NCBI RefSeq assembly: GCF_013149785.1
Contig: NZ_JABEZU010000004.1
Span: 310,001 to 374,000 of the forward strand
Reading direction: 5' to 3'
Origin: Isoptericola halotolerans
GTDB taxonomy: Bacteria; Actinomycetota; Actinomycetes; Actinomycetales; Cellulomonadaceae
Length of the DNA: 64,000 nt
The position numbers were made by a program, and so were the translations under genes. The notes beneath the pieces were generated by a model, which worked only from the letters and a program-made list of their open reading frames with translations, had not been told where the DNA came from and searched no databases. Positions 56,061 to 64,000 of this stretch are shown here, piece by piece. The first letter of the stretch is position 1; each line of letters starts with the position of its first letter.

Positions 56061-57455
56061 CTACCCCGGGACGTCGATCTCGGTGGTGCGGTGCGCCCAC
56101 CGGGCCACCTCGTCCCGGTCGTGCGTGATGAGCACGACGGCGGTGCCGTCCGCCCGGAGCGCGTCGACCGCCTCCAGGACGGACGTCGCGGTCGCGGCGT
56201 CCAGCGCCGAGGTGATCTCGTCGCAGATCAGCACGGCCGGCCGGCAGGCCAGCGCACGGGCCACGGCGACGCGCTGGCGCTCGCCGCCGGAGAGCTCGCC
56301 GGCCCGGCGCGGGAGCATGTCATGGTGCAGCCGCACCGCCGCGAGCAGGCCGGCCGGCTCGTCGGCCAGCTCGTCCGCCGTCCGGGCCCGCCCGCCGGCG
56401 GCCAGGGCACGGCGCAGGGTCCGCCGCACCGTCTCGGCCGGGTTGAGCGAGCCGGTCGCGTCCTGGGGGACGAGCTGCACCGCGCGGCGCTGGTCGCCGC
56501 TGCGGGCGCCGAGCGTGGCGGGCAGCGGCCGGCCGTGCAGCTCGAGGGTTCCGCCGTCCCGGCGGTGCAGCCCGACCAGGACGCGCGCCAGCGTGCTCTT
56601 GCCCGCACCGGACGGCCCGACGACGGCGGCCGTCGTGCCGGCGGTCAGGCGCAGGTCCACCGGGGCCAGCGCCGGGCGGCCGCGGTGGCCCGCGCGCAGC
56701 CCGCGGGCCACGAGCACCTCGCGGGAGTGGTCGCCGTCGGTCCGCCGGACGGACTCCTCCGGGGTGGCGACGGCGGTCTCGCGCACCGCACCGGCCTCGA
56801 CGTGCAGCACGCGGTCGGCGCTGCGCGCGAGCGCGGAGCGGTCGTGGGTGATGAGCAGCACCGAGCAGTCGGCGGCGCGCTCCGCGACGAGGCCGGCCAG
56901 CAGCTCGGCGCTGGCCGTGTCCAGGCCGGACGTCGGTTCGTCGAGGACGAGCAGCCGCGGGCGGTGGACGACGGCGAGCGCGAACGCCGCCCGGCGGACC
57001 TGCCCCCCGGAGAGCTGGTGGGGCAGGCGCCCGGCGGAGCCGTCAGGGAGCCCGAGCCGCTGCAGCGCGTCGTCGACGTCGGCACGGGTCAGCCGCCGGC
57101 CGCACCGGTGGGCGCGTTCGCGCAGCTGTGCCCCGATGCTCCACGCAGGGTTCAGCTCGACCGCCGGGTCCTGGCCCAGGTAGGCGACGACGTCGGTGCG
57201 CAGCGTCCGCCGGTCCGCGGGGGAGAACGGGTCGAGCCCGGCCACCCGCACCGTCCCGGCGTCGCGCCGCAGGCCCGGACGCAGGTGCCCGAGGAGCGTG
57301 GACGCCAGGGTGGTCTTGCCCGCGCCGCTGGCACCGACGAGGCCGACCACCTCGCCGTCGGCGATCCGCAACGAGGCCCCGTCGAGGATCCTGCGCCCGC
57401 CCGCGCTGACCGTCAGCCGGTCCACGGTCGCCAGGGCGTCCTGGTCGCGGGTCAT
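56061..57455 (-). CDS. Peptide/nickel-type ABC ATPase with tandem nucleotide-binding domains
   Basis: Two Walker A motifs (GASGAGKTT, GPSGAGKST) and two LSGG signatures. Confidence 0.92.
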   Translation of the reverse strand: MTRDQDALATVDRLTVSAGGRRILDGASLRIADGEVVGLVGASGAGKTTLASTLLGHLRPGLRRDAGTVRVAGLDPFSPADRRTLRTDVVAYLGQDPAVELNPAWSIGAQLRERAHRCGRRLTRADVDDALQRLGLPDGSAGRLPHQLSGGQVRRAAFALAVVHRPRLLVLDEPTSGLDTASAELLAGLVAERAADCSVLLITHDRSALARSADRVLHVEAGAVRETAVATPEESVRRTDGDHSREVLVARGLRAGHRGRPALAPVDLRLTAGTTAAVVGPSGAGKSTLARVLVGLHRRDGGTLELHGRPLPATLGARSGDQRRAVQLVPQDATGSLNPAETVRRTLRRALAAGGRARTADELADEPAGLLAAVRLHHDMLPRRAGELSGGERQRVAVARALACRPAVLICDEITSALDAATATSVLEAVDALRADGTAVVLITHDRDEVARWAHRTTEIDVPG

Positions 57456-58315
57456 GCGGTCACCCTCCCGAGGCGGGCGGCGGCCCGGTCCGCGACGACG
57501 GTGACGCCGACGATGAGCAGGACGAGCAGCGCGGAGGGGACGACGACGGCCCACGGGTTGAGCGAGATGCCCGGCAGGTTCTCCTGGACCATCAGCCCCC
57601 AGTCCGGCCACGGGGCGCCGCGGCCCAGCCCGAGGAACCCGGCGGTCGCGCTCAGGTGCAGGGCCGTGGTGAACCGCAGGCCCGTCTCGGCGGCGACCGG
57701 CGGTGCGAGGTTGGGCAGGACGTCGTGCAGCATCACCGTCCACCAGCGGTCCCCGCGCGCCCGGGCGACCTCGACGTACCCCGCCCCGGAGATCTGGCGG
57801 GCGACGGCCCGCAGGACCCTGGTGGAGTACGGCACGCTGACGACGGCGACGCCCACCATGAGCACGAGGTCGTCGCCGGGGAAGGCCGCGGCCAGCAGCA
57901 GCAGGACGAGCAGCCCCGGCATCACCCCGAGCGCGTCCACCCCCCGCATCACGACACCACCGGCCCGGGGGAAGAGCAGGGCGGGCAGGACCCCGAGCAG
58001 GACGGCCGCCACCACACCGATGACGGTGGCCCCGGCCGCGACGAGCACGAGACGGGCACCGCCGTGCAGCACTCGCAGGGCGACGTCGCGGCCGATGCCG
58101 TCCGTGCCGAGCAGCCGGCCGTCCACGCCCGGCGCGGTGTAGGGCAGACCGACCTGTGCCGTCGGCGACCCGGGCCACAGCGGACCGAGGAGCGCCAGCA
58201 ACGCCACGGCGAGGAGCACGGCCAGTCCCAGCCCGCCCGCAGCCCTCCGCGTGCGGCGTCCGAGCGGGACGGGCACGGCGAGCCGTGGGCGGGCCGTCCG
58301 ACGTCGTGTGCTCAT
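57452..58315 (-). CDS. Peptide/nickel-type ABC permease (DppC-like)
   Basis: LLGTDGIGRD, YVEVARARG and FLGLG...PDWG. Confidence 0.92.
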   Translation of the reverse strand: MSTRRRTARPRLAVPVPLGRRTRRAAGGLGLAVLLAVALLALLGPLWPGSPTAQVGLPYTAPGVDGRLLGTDGIGRDVALRVLHGGARLVLVAAGATVIGVVAAVLLGVLPALLFPRAGGVVMRGVDALGVMPGLLVLLLLAAAFPGDDLVLMVGVAVVSVPYSTRVLRAVARQISGAGYVEVARARGDRWWTVMLHDVLPNLAPPVAAETGLRFTTALHLSATAGFLGLGRGAPWPDWGLMVQENLPGISLNPWAVVVPSALLVLLIVGVTVVADRAAARLGRVTA

Positions 58316-59277
58316 CGTCGCTCCCGGGGGTCCACGAGGCCCGCGACGAGGTCACCGAGCAGCAGGCTGGCCAGTGCCAGGGCGGCGAGGACCAGAGTGA
58401 TGCCCTGCACCATGACCAGGTCCTGACGACCGACGGCCTGCTGCAGCTCGAGTCCGATCCCGGGGTAGTTGAAGACGAGCTCCACCACGATCGACCCGCC
58501 GATGAGGCCACCGAACAGCACCGCGACGACCTGGATCACGGGCTGGACGGCGTTCGGCAGCACGTGGCGCACGGCCAGCGCCCCGCCGGTCACCCCGCGC
58601 AGGCGCGCCGCCTCGACGTAGCGGGTCGCCGCGACGCCCGCCGTCGTCGACCGCATCATGCGCGCCGACAGCCCGAAGCCCAGGGGGACCAGGCTGAGGA
58701 CCGGCAGCACCATCGCGGCGGGGGCGTCCCACGGCCGCCCGCCGAGCGGGGCCGTGGAGACCTGCGGGAACCAGCCGAGCGTCGTGGCCAGCACGACGAT
58801 GAGCAGCACCGTCATCACGAACTCAGGGATCGCGACGACGACGACGCTCAGCCCCGTCACGGCGCGGTCCGCGCGCCGCCCCGGCCGCATGCCCGCCAGG
58901 AGTCCGGCCGCGACGCCCAGCGGGGCCGCCACCAGCAGGGCGACCCCGGCCAGGACGACCGAGTTCGGCAGGCGCTCGCCGACGACGTCCGCCACGGGGC
59001 GACCGGAGATCGCACTGACCCCCAGATCGCCCCGCAGCGCACCGCCGAGCCACTCCAGGTACCGCTCCGGGGCGGGCCGATCCAGCCCGAGGTCCGCCCG
59101 CAGCCGGGCCACCTCCGCCGGGTCGGCGTCGGGGCCGGCGAGCCGGGCCGCGGCGTCGCCCGGCAGCACGTCCGTCACGGTGAAGATCACCGCGGACAGC
59201 AGCAGCAGGGTCGCCGCCGCCAGGAGCAGGCGGCCGAGGACCCACCCGACCCGGCCGGTCAGGAGGTCTGGAGTCAT
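58312..59277 (-). CDS. Peptide/nickel-type ABC permease (DppB-like)
   Basis: LPGD, LGLDRP...GDLG.S, YVEAARLRG and VELVFNYPGIG. Confidence 0.93.
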   Translation of the reverse strand: MTPDLLTGRVGWVLGRLLLAAATLLLLSAVIFTVTDVLPGDAAARLAGPDADPAEVARLRADLGLDRPAPERYLEWLGGALRGDLGVSAISGRPVADVVGERLPNSVVLAGVALLVAAPLGVAAGLLAGMRPGRRADRAVTGLSVVVVAIPEFVMTVLLIVVLATTLGWFPQVSTAPLGGRPWDAPAAMVLPVLSLVPLGFGLSARMMRSTTAGVAATRYVEAARLRGVTGGALAVRHVLPNAVQPVIQVVAVLFGGLIGGSIVVELVFNYPGIGLELQQAVGRQDLVMVQGITLVLAALALASLLLGDLVAGLVDPRERR

Positions 59278-59287
59278 CGGAGAGGGC

Positions 59288-60856
59288 TCAGGACAGGGAC
59301 GCCTCGGAGAAGTCCGGCCACGACCGCAGCACCACTCCCGAGACGGCGGCGGAGCTCGCGCTCACCGACGGCAGGAACACCGGCGTGATGCCGTTGCCCT
59401 CGTCCCACATCAGCTCCTGGGCCTCACGGGCCTTGGCGGCCCGCTCGTCCGCGTCGGCGGTGCCACGGGCGGCGAAGATCAGCTCGTCGATGTCGGGCCG
59501 GTCGAAGCCGAAGGCGCTCGGCGCGCCGGCGACGCGGGTCGAGGTGTACCCCGACAGCAGCGGGGTGGCCGGGCTGTAGCCCGCGGCGAAGTCGGCCGAG
59601 AAGTAGGACTCCATGTCGGAGTAGAGCTGGCCCTGGGGGAGGGAGTTGAGCTCCACCTCGACGCCGATCTCGGAGAGCTGCTGGGCCACGACGGTGGACA
59701 CCTCGTTCATGCCCTCGATCTCGGAGCCCGTGGTGAGCGTGACACGCATACCCTCGGCCCCTGCCTTGCGCAGCAGGTCGCGGGCGGCCTCGGGGTCGTG
59801 CTCGCGCTGCGGGATGTCCGACGCGTAGTCCGGGAAGCCCTTGGCGGGCAGGTCGTTGCCGACCTCGGCGCGCCCGTACAGGACGGTGTCCACGATAGCC
59901 TGGCGGTCGATCGCCAGCTTGAAGGCGCGGCGCACGTCCACGTCCTCGAACGGCTCGTGGTTCATGTTCATCGCGAAGTTCAGGGCCGTCAGGTACGGCT
60001 CCTGGGTCGACTCGACCACGATGCTGTCGTCGCCCTCGAGCGTCCGGGCCCGCACCGGACCGATGTCGCCGGCGAAGTCGACGTCGCCGGACTGCAGCGC
60101 CGCGACGCGGGCGTCCGTGGCGGGGATCCCGCGCAGCTCCAGCCCGTCGAGGAGCGTGCCGCCGCCGTAGTAGTCGTCGAAGCGGGCCAGAGCGGTCCCC
60201 TCGCCGGGGACGAACTCCGTGATCTGGAACGGTCCGCAGCTCGGCGTCTCGACCGTGAACTCCTCGGTGCCCTCGCGGACGATGAAGCTGTTCTGGCAGA
60301 GCAGGAGGTGGCCGTCGGCGATGGGCTGCAGCGTCGGCAGCTCGAGGGTGAGGTCGTCGAGGACGCGGGCCGAGTCGAGGTCGAAGTTCTGCCCGACCGT
60401 CTGGAGGTAGGGCAGCGCGGGCAGGACCATCGGCAGCTGGAGGGAGTGCAGGACGTCGGCGGCCGTCAGCGTGCTCCCGTCGGTGAACTGCACGCCGGGC
60501 CGCAGCTTCACCGTGTAGGTCGACAGGTCGCCGGCCGCGGTGATCTGCTCCGCGACCCCGAGCCGGACGCCGTCCTCGCCGCTGGGGTCGAGCGAGCCGA
60601 GCTGGCCGTGCACCGAGCGCATCCGCACCGAGTCGAGGGTGGTGGGCCCGAGGAGGATGTTGAGGCTCTCCTGGGCACCTCCGCCGAGGAAGGCTGCGCG
60701 CAGCGTCCCGCCGGCGGTCCCTCCGCCGGCTGCGGTCGTCGCCGGGGCAGGGGAGGAGGAGGGGGAGCCGGAGATGGCGCAGCCGGCGAGGCCGGCCGCC
60801 AGTCCGAGGCCACCGGCGAGCAGCAGCCCGCGTCGGGTCAGCATCGCGTCGTTCAT
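59288..60856 (-). CDS. Family 5 ABC substrate-binding lipoprotein with a Tat signal
   Basis: TRRGLL twin-Arg, LAGC lipobox, LRPGVQFTDG, GPF and DVRRAFKLAIDR. Confidence 0.92.
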   Translation of the reverse strand: MNDAMLTRRGLLLAGGLGLAAGLAGCAISGSPSSSPAPATTAAGGGTAGGTLRAAFLGGGAQESLNILLGPTTLDSVRMRSVHGQLGSLDPSGEDGVRLGVAEQITAAGDLSTYTVKLRPGVQFTDGSTLTAADVLHSLQLPMVLPALPYLQTVGQNFDLDSARVLDDLTLELPTLQPIADGHLLLCQNSFIVREGTEEFTVETPSCGPFQITEFVPGEGTALARFDDYYGGGTLLDGLELRGIPATDARVAALQSGDVDFAGDIGPVRARTLEGDDSIVVESTQEPYLTALNFAMNMNHEPFEDVDVRRAFKLAIDRQAIVDTVLYGRAEVGNDLPAKGFPDYASDIPQREHDPEAARDLLRKAGAEGMRVTLTTGSEIEGMNEVSTVVAQQLSEIGVEVELNSLPQGQLYSDMESYFSADFAAGYSPATPLLSGYTSTRVAGAPSAFGFDRPDIDELIFAARGTADADERAAKAREAQELMWDEGNGITPVFLPSVSASSAAVSGVVLRSWPDFSEASLS

Positions 60857-60874
60857 CGTGGATCGTGGTCCCAT

Positions 60875-61111
60875 CTAGGTCGCATGAGCAGAGCTCGAGG
60901 CCGTGGGAACGACACGCAGCGCCCCGGCAGGGCACCGCCCGACCGCCTCGAGGGCGGCGGCGGCATCCTGAGCGGTCAGCTCGTCCTGAGCGGGCGGGAG
61001 CAGGATCACCCCGCCCAGCGTGTCGTCCTGGTCGAACAGGTCTGCCGCGACCAGCACGCAGTTCCCCGAGCCGATGCACCGGCTGCGGTCGACCACGAGT
61101 CTCGTTCCCAC
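60875..61111 (-). CDS. Ferredoxin (3Fe-4S type, P450 partner)
   Basis: CIGSGNC...FDQDD...CPAGAL. Confidence 0.92.
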   Translation of the reverse strand: MGTRLVVDRSRCIGSGNCVLVAADLFDQDDTLGGVILLPPAQDELTAQDAAAALEAVGRCPAGALRVVPTASSSAHAT

Positions 61112-61120
61112 AGGCGGTCA

Positions 61121-61135
61121 TGATAATCATTCCCA
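61121..61135. promoter_or_regulatory. Zur-type box upstream of the ferredoxin-ABC operon
   Basis: TGATAATCATTCCCA, about 10 bp upstream of the start codon. Confidence 0.75.
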
Positions 61136-61136
61136 A

Positions 61137-61841
61137 CTAGCGTTGACCAGTGCCCTCGGCAAAGTCCCACGCACCGAGACGATCCACGACGACGGGCGCG
61201 GCGAGGAGAGTGACGACCGCACCCCCCACCACCCCCCAGCGCCCGTGCAGCCGCGTGCGCCCGTCCGGGAGCGGCCGCGCGAGCTCCGCCGTCGCCGCGC
61301 CCTCCGCCGCGACGCGGACGTCGACGTCGTCGGGGTCCAGCCAGCCGTCGGTCAACGGGCTGAAGATCTTGAACGCCGACTCCTTGACGCTGAACACGAC
61401 CGTGGTGCCCGGCGCCTCGGGTCGTGCCCATCCGTGCAGACGGCGGCGCTCCTGCGGGGTCAGGAGCATGTCGACGACGTCGTCGGGCAGTGGCACCGCC
61501 GCCTCGACATCGATCCCGACGCCCTGCCAGGCGGCCGCCGACCCGACGACCGCCGCGGCCACCCCCGTGCCGTGCGACATCGAACCGACGACGCCGGCCG
61601 GCCAGCGGGGTCGACGTCGCAGGTCGTGGAGGACCGGCGCCGCCGGACGGCCGAGGTCCCGCAGCGCGGCACGCGCGCAGCGCCGGGCCGAGGCGAACTG
61701 GGCGCGCCGGACAGGCACGGCGTCCGCGACGAGGGCACGCTCGGCGGGCAGCAGACCGTCGTCGACGATCCGGTCCGTCACCCAGGCCCGCAGCGTGCCG
61801 GTGCGCCCGCCCGGCAGCAGGGTCGGGTCGAGCCGCCTCAC
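61137..61841 (-). CDS. 4'-phosphopantetheinyl transferase (EntD/Sfp-type)
   Basis: RRAQF..ARRCARAAL, PRWPAGVVGSMSH, GIDVE and FSVKESAFK. Confidence 0.92.
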   Translation of the reverse strand: MRRLDPTLLPGGRTGTLRAWVTDRIVDDGLLPAERALVADAVPVRRAQFASARRCARAALRDLGRPAAPVLHDLRRRPRWPAGVVGSMSHGTGVAAAVVGSAAAWQGVGIDVEAAVPLPDDVVDMLLTPQERRRLHGWARPEAPGTTVVFSVKESAFKIFSPLTDGWLDPDDVDVRVAAEGAATAELARPLPDGRTRLHGRWGVVGGAVVTLLAAPVVVDRLGAWDFAEGTGQR

Positions 61842-63046
61842 CCCCCGACGACGGCGTGCGCGCCCGTGCCGGCGAACCGGTCCGGCGCGAACGCCCCGAC
61901 CGGCAACGACGTCCGGCCCTCGACGATCCCCTCGGCCACGGCCTCGCCGATGCCCGCCGAGTGCTTGAAGCCGTGCGCGTTGCAGCCGCCGGCCACCCAG
62001 ACCTGCCGCCCGTCGTCGACGGGTCCGATCACGAACTGGCCGTCCCGGGTCCGGTCGTACGGGCAGGCGGCGCCCGTCACGCCCTCGGCGCGCACCCCGG
62101 GGAAGGCGACCGGTGCCCGCTCGAGCACCGGCGCCCAGTCCTGCGGAGCGAGCGGCCGCACCTCGCCGTCGGGCGGTAGCGGTGTCGCGGCCTCGACCCC
62201 GAGCTTGACGACCGTCGGGTCCGCGCCGGGGAGGACGCCGTGCCCCCACAGCACCCGCCCGTCGTCGAGCTCGCGCATGAAGACCGGCAGGTCGTCGACG
62301 CCCAGGCCGGCCGGGTCGTCGACCCGCAGGAACGTCATCGGCATGACGACGGTGCGCCAGCCCGCGGCCTGCACGAGGCCGGGTGCCAGGTCCGGCAGGA
62401 GGCCGGCGTTGCCGACGCCGGCGGCGAGCACGAGCACGTCCGCGTCGATCGTCCCGCCGTCGTCCGGCCCGTGCCCGGACCACTCGACCCGGACCCCGCC
62501 CGCGCGTCGTTCGGCCCGGCGCACCGTGACGCCGGTGCGGAGCCTGGCGCCGGCGTCGCGCGCCTGCTCGAGGGCCCCGCGGATCACCTGGTCGACGTCG
62601 AGGAGCGCGGCCTCCGGCTCGACGACGGCCAGGTGCCCGTCGGGCAGGGTGGCGTGGCCGGGGTACCGGCGTCGGACGTCCGCCGCCTCCAGCACCTCGA
62701 CGGGCAGGCCGTGGAGCCTGGCGGCAAGCCGGGCTCCGCTGACCACGGGCCCGTCCGGAGGGCCCAGCAGCATGCCGCCGTCCGAGACTCGCAGGCGACG
62801 CCCGGAGCGGTCGGCGAGCCCGCGCCACAGCTCGTCGGAGCGCCGGGCCACCTCGACGAGGTCGGGGTGCTCCAGGCAGGCCGTGCGGAACATCCTCGTC
62901 GCCCCTCCGGACGAGCCGAAGCCGTGGGGAGGGGCGTGCCGGTCGAGCCCGACGACGTCGGCCCCGCGCCGCGCGAGGCGCCACGCGACGTGCGCACCCC
63001 AGGCACCGAGCCCGACGACGACCACCCGCACCGGGGCGCGGCTCAC
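61838..63046 (-). CDS. Sarcosine-oxidase-family FAD amine oxidase (SolA/NikD/PyrD-like)
   Basis: VVGLGAWG, PPHGFGSSGGATRMFR, CPY..T.DGQFVIG and GCNAHGFKH. Confidence 0.88.
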   Translation of the reverse strand: MSRAPVRVVVVGLGAWGAHVAWRLARRGADVVGLDRHAPPHGFGSSGGATRMFRTACLEHPDLVEVARRSDELWRGLADRSGRRLRVSDGGMLLGPPDGPVVSGARLAARLHGLPVEVLEAADVRRRYPGHATLPDGHLAVVEPEAALLDVDQVIRGALEQARDAGARLRTGVTVRRAERRAGGVRVEWSGHGPDDGGTIDADVLVLAAGVGNAGLLPDLAPGLVQAAGWRTVVMPMTFLRVDDPAGLGVDDLPVFMRELDDGRVLWGHGVLPGADPTVVKLGVEAATPLPPDGEVRPLAPQDWAPVLERAPVAFPGVRAEGVTGAACPYDRTRDGQFVIGPVDDGRQVWVAGGCNAHGFKHSAGIGEAVAEGIVEGRTSLPVGAFAPDRFAGTGAHAVVGG

Positions 63047-64000
63047 GCGGGCAGGGCCGGCGCCGCGTCCTGCGCGACGGGTGTCGTCACGGTGGCCCCG
63101 AGCCGAGGCGCGACCTCCTCGACGAGGAGGTCGAGCGCCCGGTGCGCCTTCACCGCGCCCAGGAGGCCGGGGTTGAGGTGCAGGCTGACGGTGACGTCCT
63201 CGCCGAACCACCGGCTGACGCGCCCGAGCTGGTCGGCGACGTCCTGCGGGGTGCCCGCCAGCACCGTGTCGTTGCCGAGGGCGCGGTCGAAGTCGTAGCC
63301 GCGGATCTTGTCGACGAGCTGCTCGTACCCGGCGTAGTCGGCGCTGCGGCGCGTCGACCACGAGGACACCGCGGTGGCCATGTGCTCGATGTAGTTGGCC
63401 TCCCACCGCCGACCGTCGGCGAGGGCGACCTCCCGGTCGTCGCCGAGGTAGCACGTGTACTTGATCTGCACGCGGCCCGGGCCGTGACCGGCCGACTCCC
63501 GCGCCTCGCGGTAGGCGGCGAGCATCTCCTGCAGCTGCGGACGGGGCGTCACGGTAGGCACGACCTGCAGGTGGTAGCCGGCCCGGCCCGCGGCGACGCA
63601 CGAGTCGAGGCTGGTGGTGGAGGCGACGAAGACCGGCGGGTGCGGGGCCTGGTGGGGCCGCGGATAGACTGTCACCGGGTCGAAGGTGGCCCACGGCAGG
63701 TCGGAGGACACGTCCTCCTCGGTCCACAGCCGCACGACGGTCTCGACGTTGCGGGCGAACCGCACGCGGCTCTCGTCCATGGGCACACCGAACGCGTCGA
63801 ACTCGGTGGGCAGGAACGCGCGGCCGAAGCCGACGTCGAGCCGTCCGTGAGAGAGCTGGTCGAGGAGTGCCAGGGACGCGGCGAGCCGGATCGGATGACC
63901 GAACGCGGCGACGACGGCACCGGTCGTCAGCCGGATGCGCTCGGTGCGGGCGGCGATCGCCGTGAGCAGGGTGACGGGGTCGGGGCTGTAGCCCCCGTAC
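63043..64000 (-). CDS. Luciferase-like (LLM) flavin-dependent monooxygenase, 5'-partial
   Basis: Frame is open to the window edge: YGGYSPDPVTLLTAIAARTERIRL...HPIRLA...LDQLSHGRLDVGFGR. Confidence 0.9.
   Translation of the reverse strand, partial: YGGYSPDPVTLLTAIAARTERIRLTTGAVVAAFGHPIRLAASLALLDQLSHGRLDVGFGRAFLPTEFDAFGVPMDESRVRFARNVETVVRLWTEEDVSSDLPWATFDPVTVYPRPHQAPHPPVFVASTTSLDSCVAAGRAGYHLQVVPTVTPRPQLQEMLAAYREARESAGHGPGRVQIKYTCYLGDDREVALADGRRWEANYIEHMATAVSSWSTRRSADYAGYEQLVDKIRGYDFDRALGNDTVLAGTPQDVADQLGRVSRWFGEDVTVSLHLNPGLLGAVKAHRALDLLVEEVAPRLGATVTTPVAQDAAPALPA

Larger units (their letters stand above)
32168..64000. other. NRPS metallophore biosynthetic gene cluster, coelibactin-like, truncated by the right window edge
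   Basis: Contiguous biosynthetic, tailoring and transport genes with overlapping stop/start codons and shared Zur-like boxes. Confidence 0.9.

Overview
A very GC-rich actinobacterial chromosomal window. Gene content and codon usage suggest a Micrococcales / Cellulomonadaceae-Promicromonosporaceae-like organism (inference). Bases 1-32 kb carry mixed metabolic and regulatory genes: LysR, MerR and LacI regulators, a LacI-controlled sugar ABC / FAD oxidoreductase / secreted beta-propeller glycosidase locus, a pectate lyase, a small alarmone synthetase, a class A beta-lactamase and a decayed Schlafen/RecG-C-type pseudogene. The same half also has a standalone structured RNA carrying a 12-codon ORF, and a multistep phosphorelay translationally coupled to a pyruvoyl arginine decarboxylase and a GNAT-like gene. 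Bases 32.2-64 kb (continuing past the right edge) are a heterocyclising NRPS metallophore cluster with coelibactin-like gene content: aryl-AMP ligase, ArCP-Cy-A-PCP-Cy-A-PCP, Cy-A(MT)-PCP-TE, two reductases, methyltransferases, P450/ferredoxin, TEII, PPTase and two ABC systems. It carries Zur-type boxes rather than IdeR boxes. It also encodes an LLM monooxygenase, a flavin reductase and a sarcosine-oxidase-family enzyme, the enzyme types used for 3-hydroxypicolinate synthesis. The leading hypothesis is therefore a zinc-regulated, hydroxypicolinate-capped azol(in)e metallophore. No rRNA, tRNA, CRISPR array or intact mobile element was seen. All family calls come from reading motifs by eye; no searches were run.
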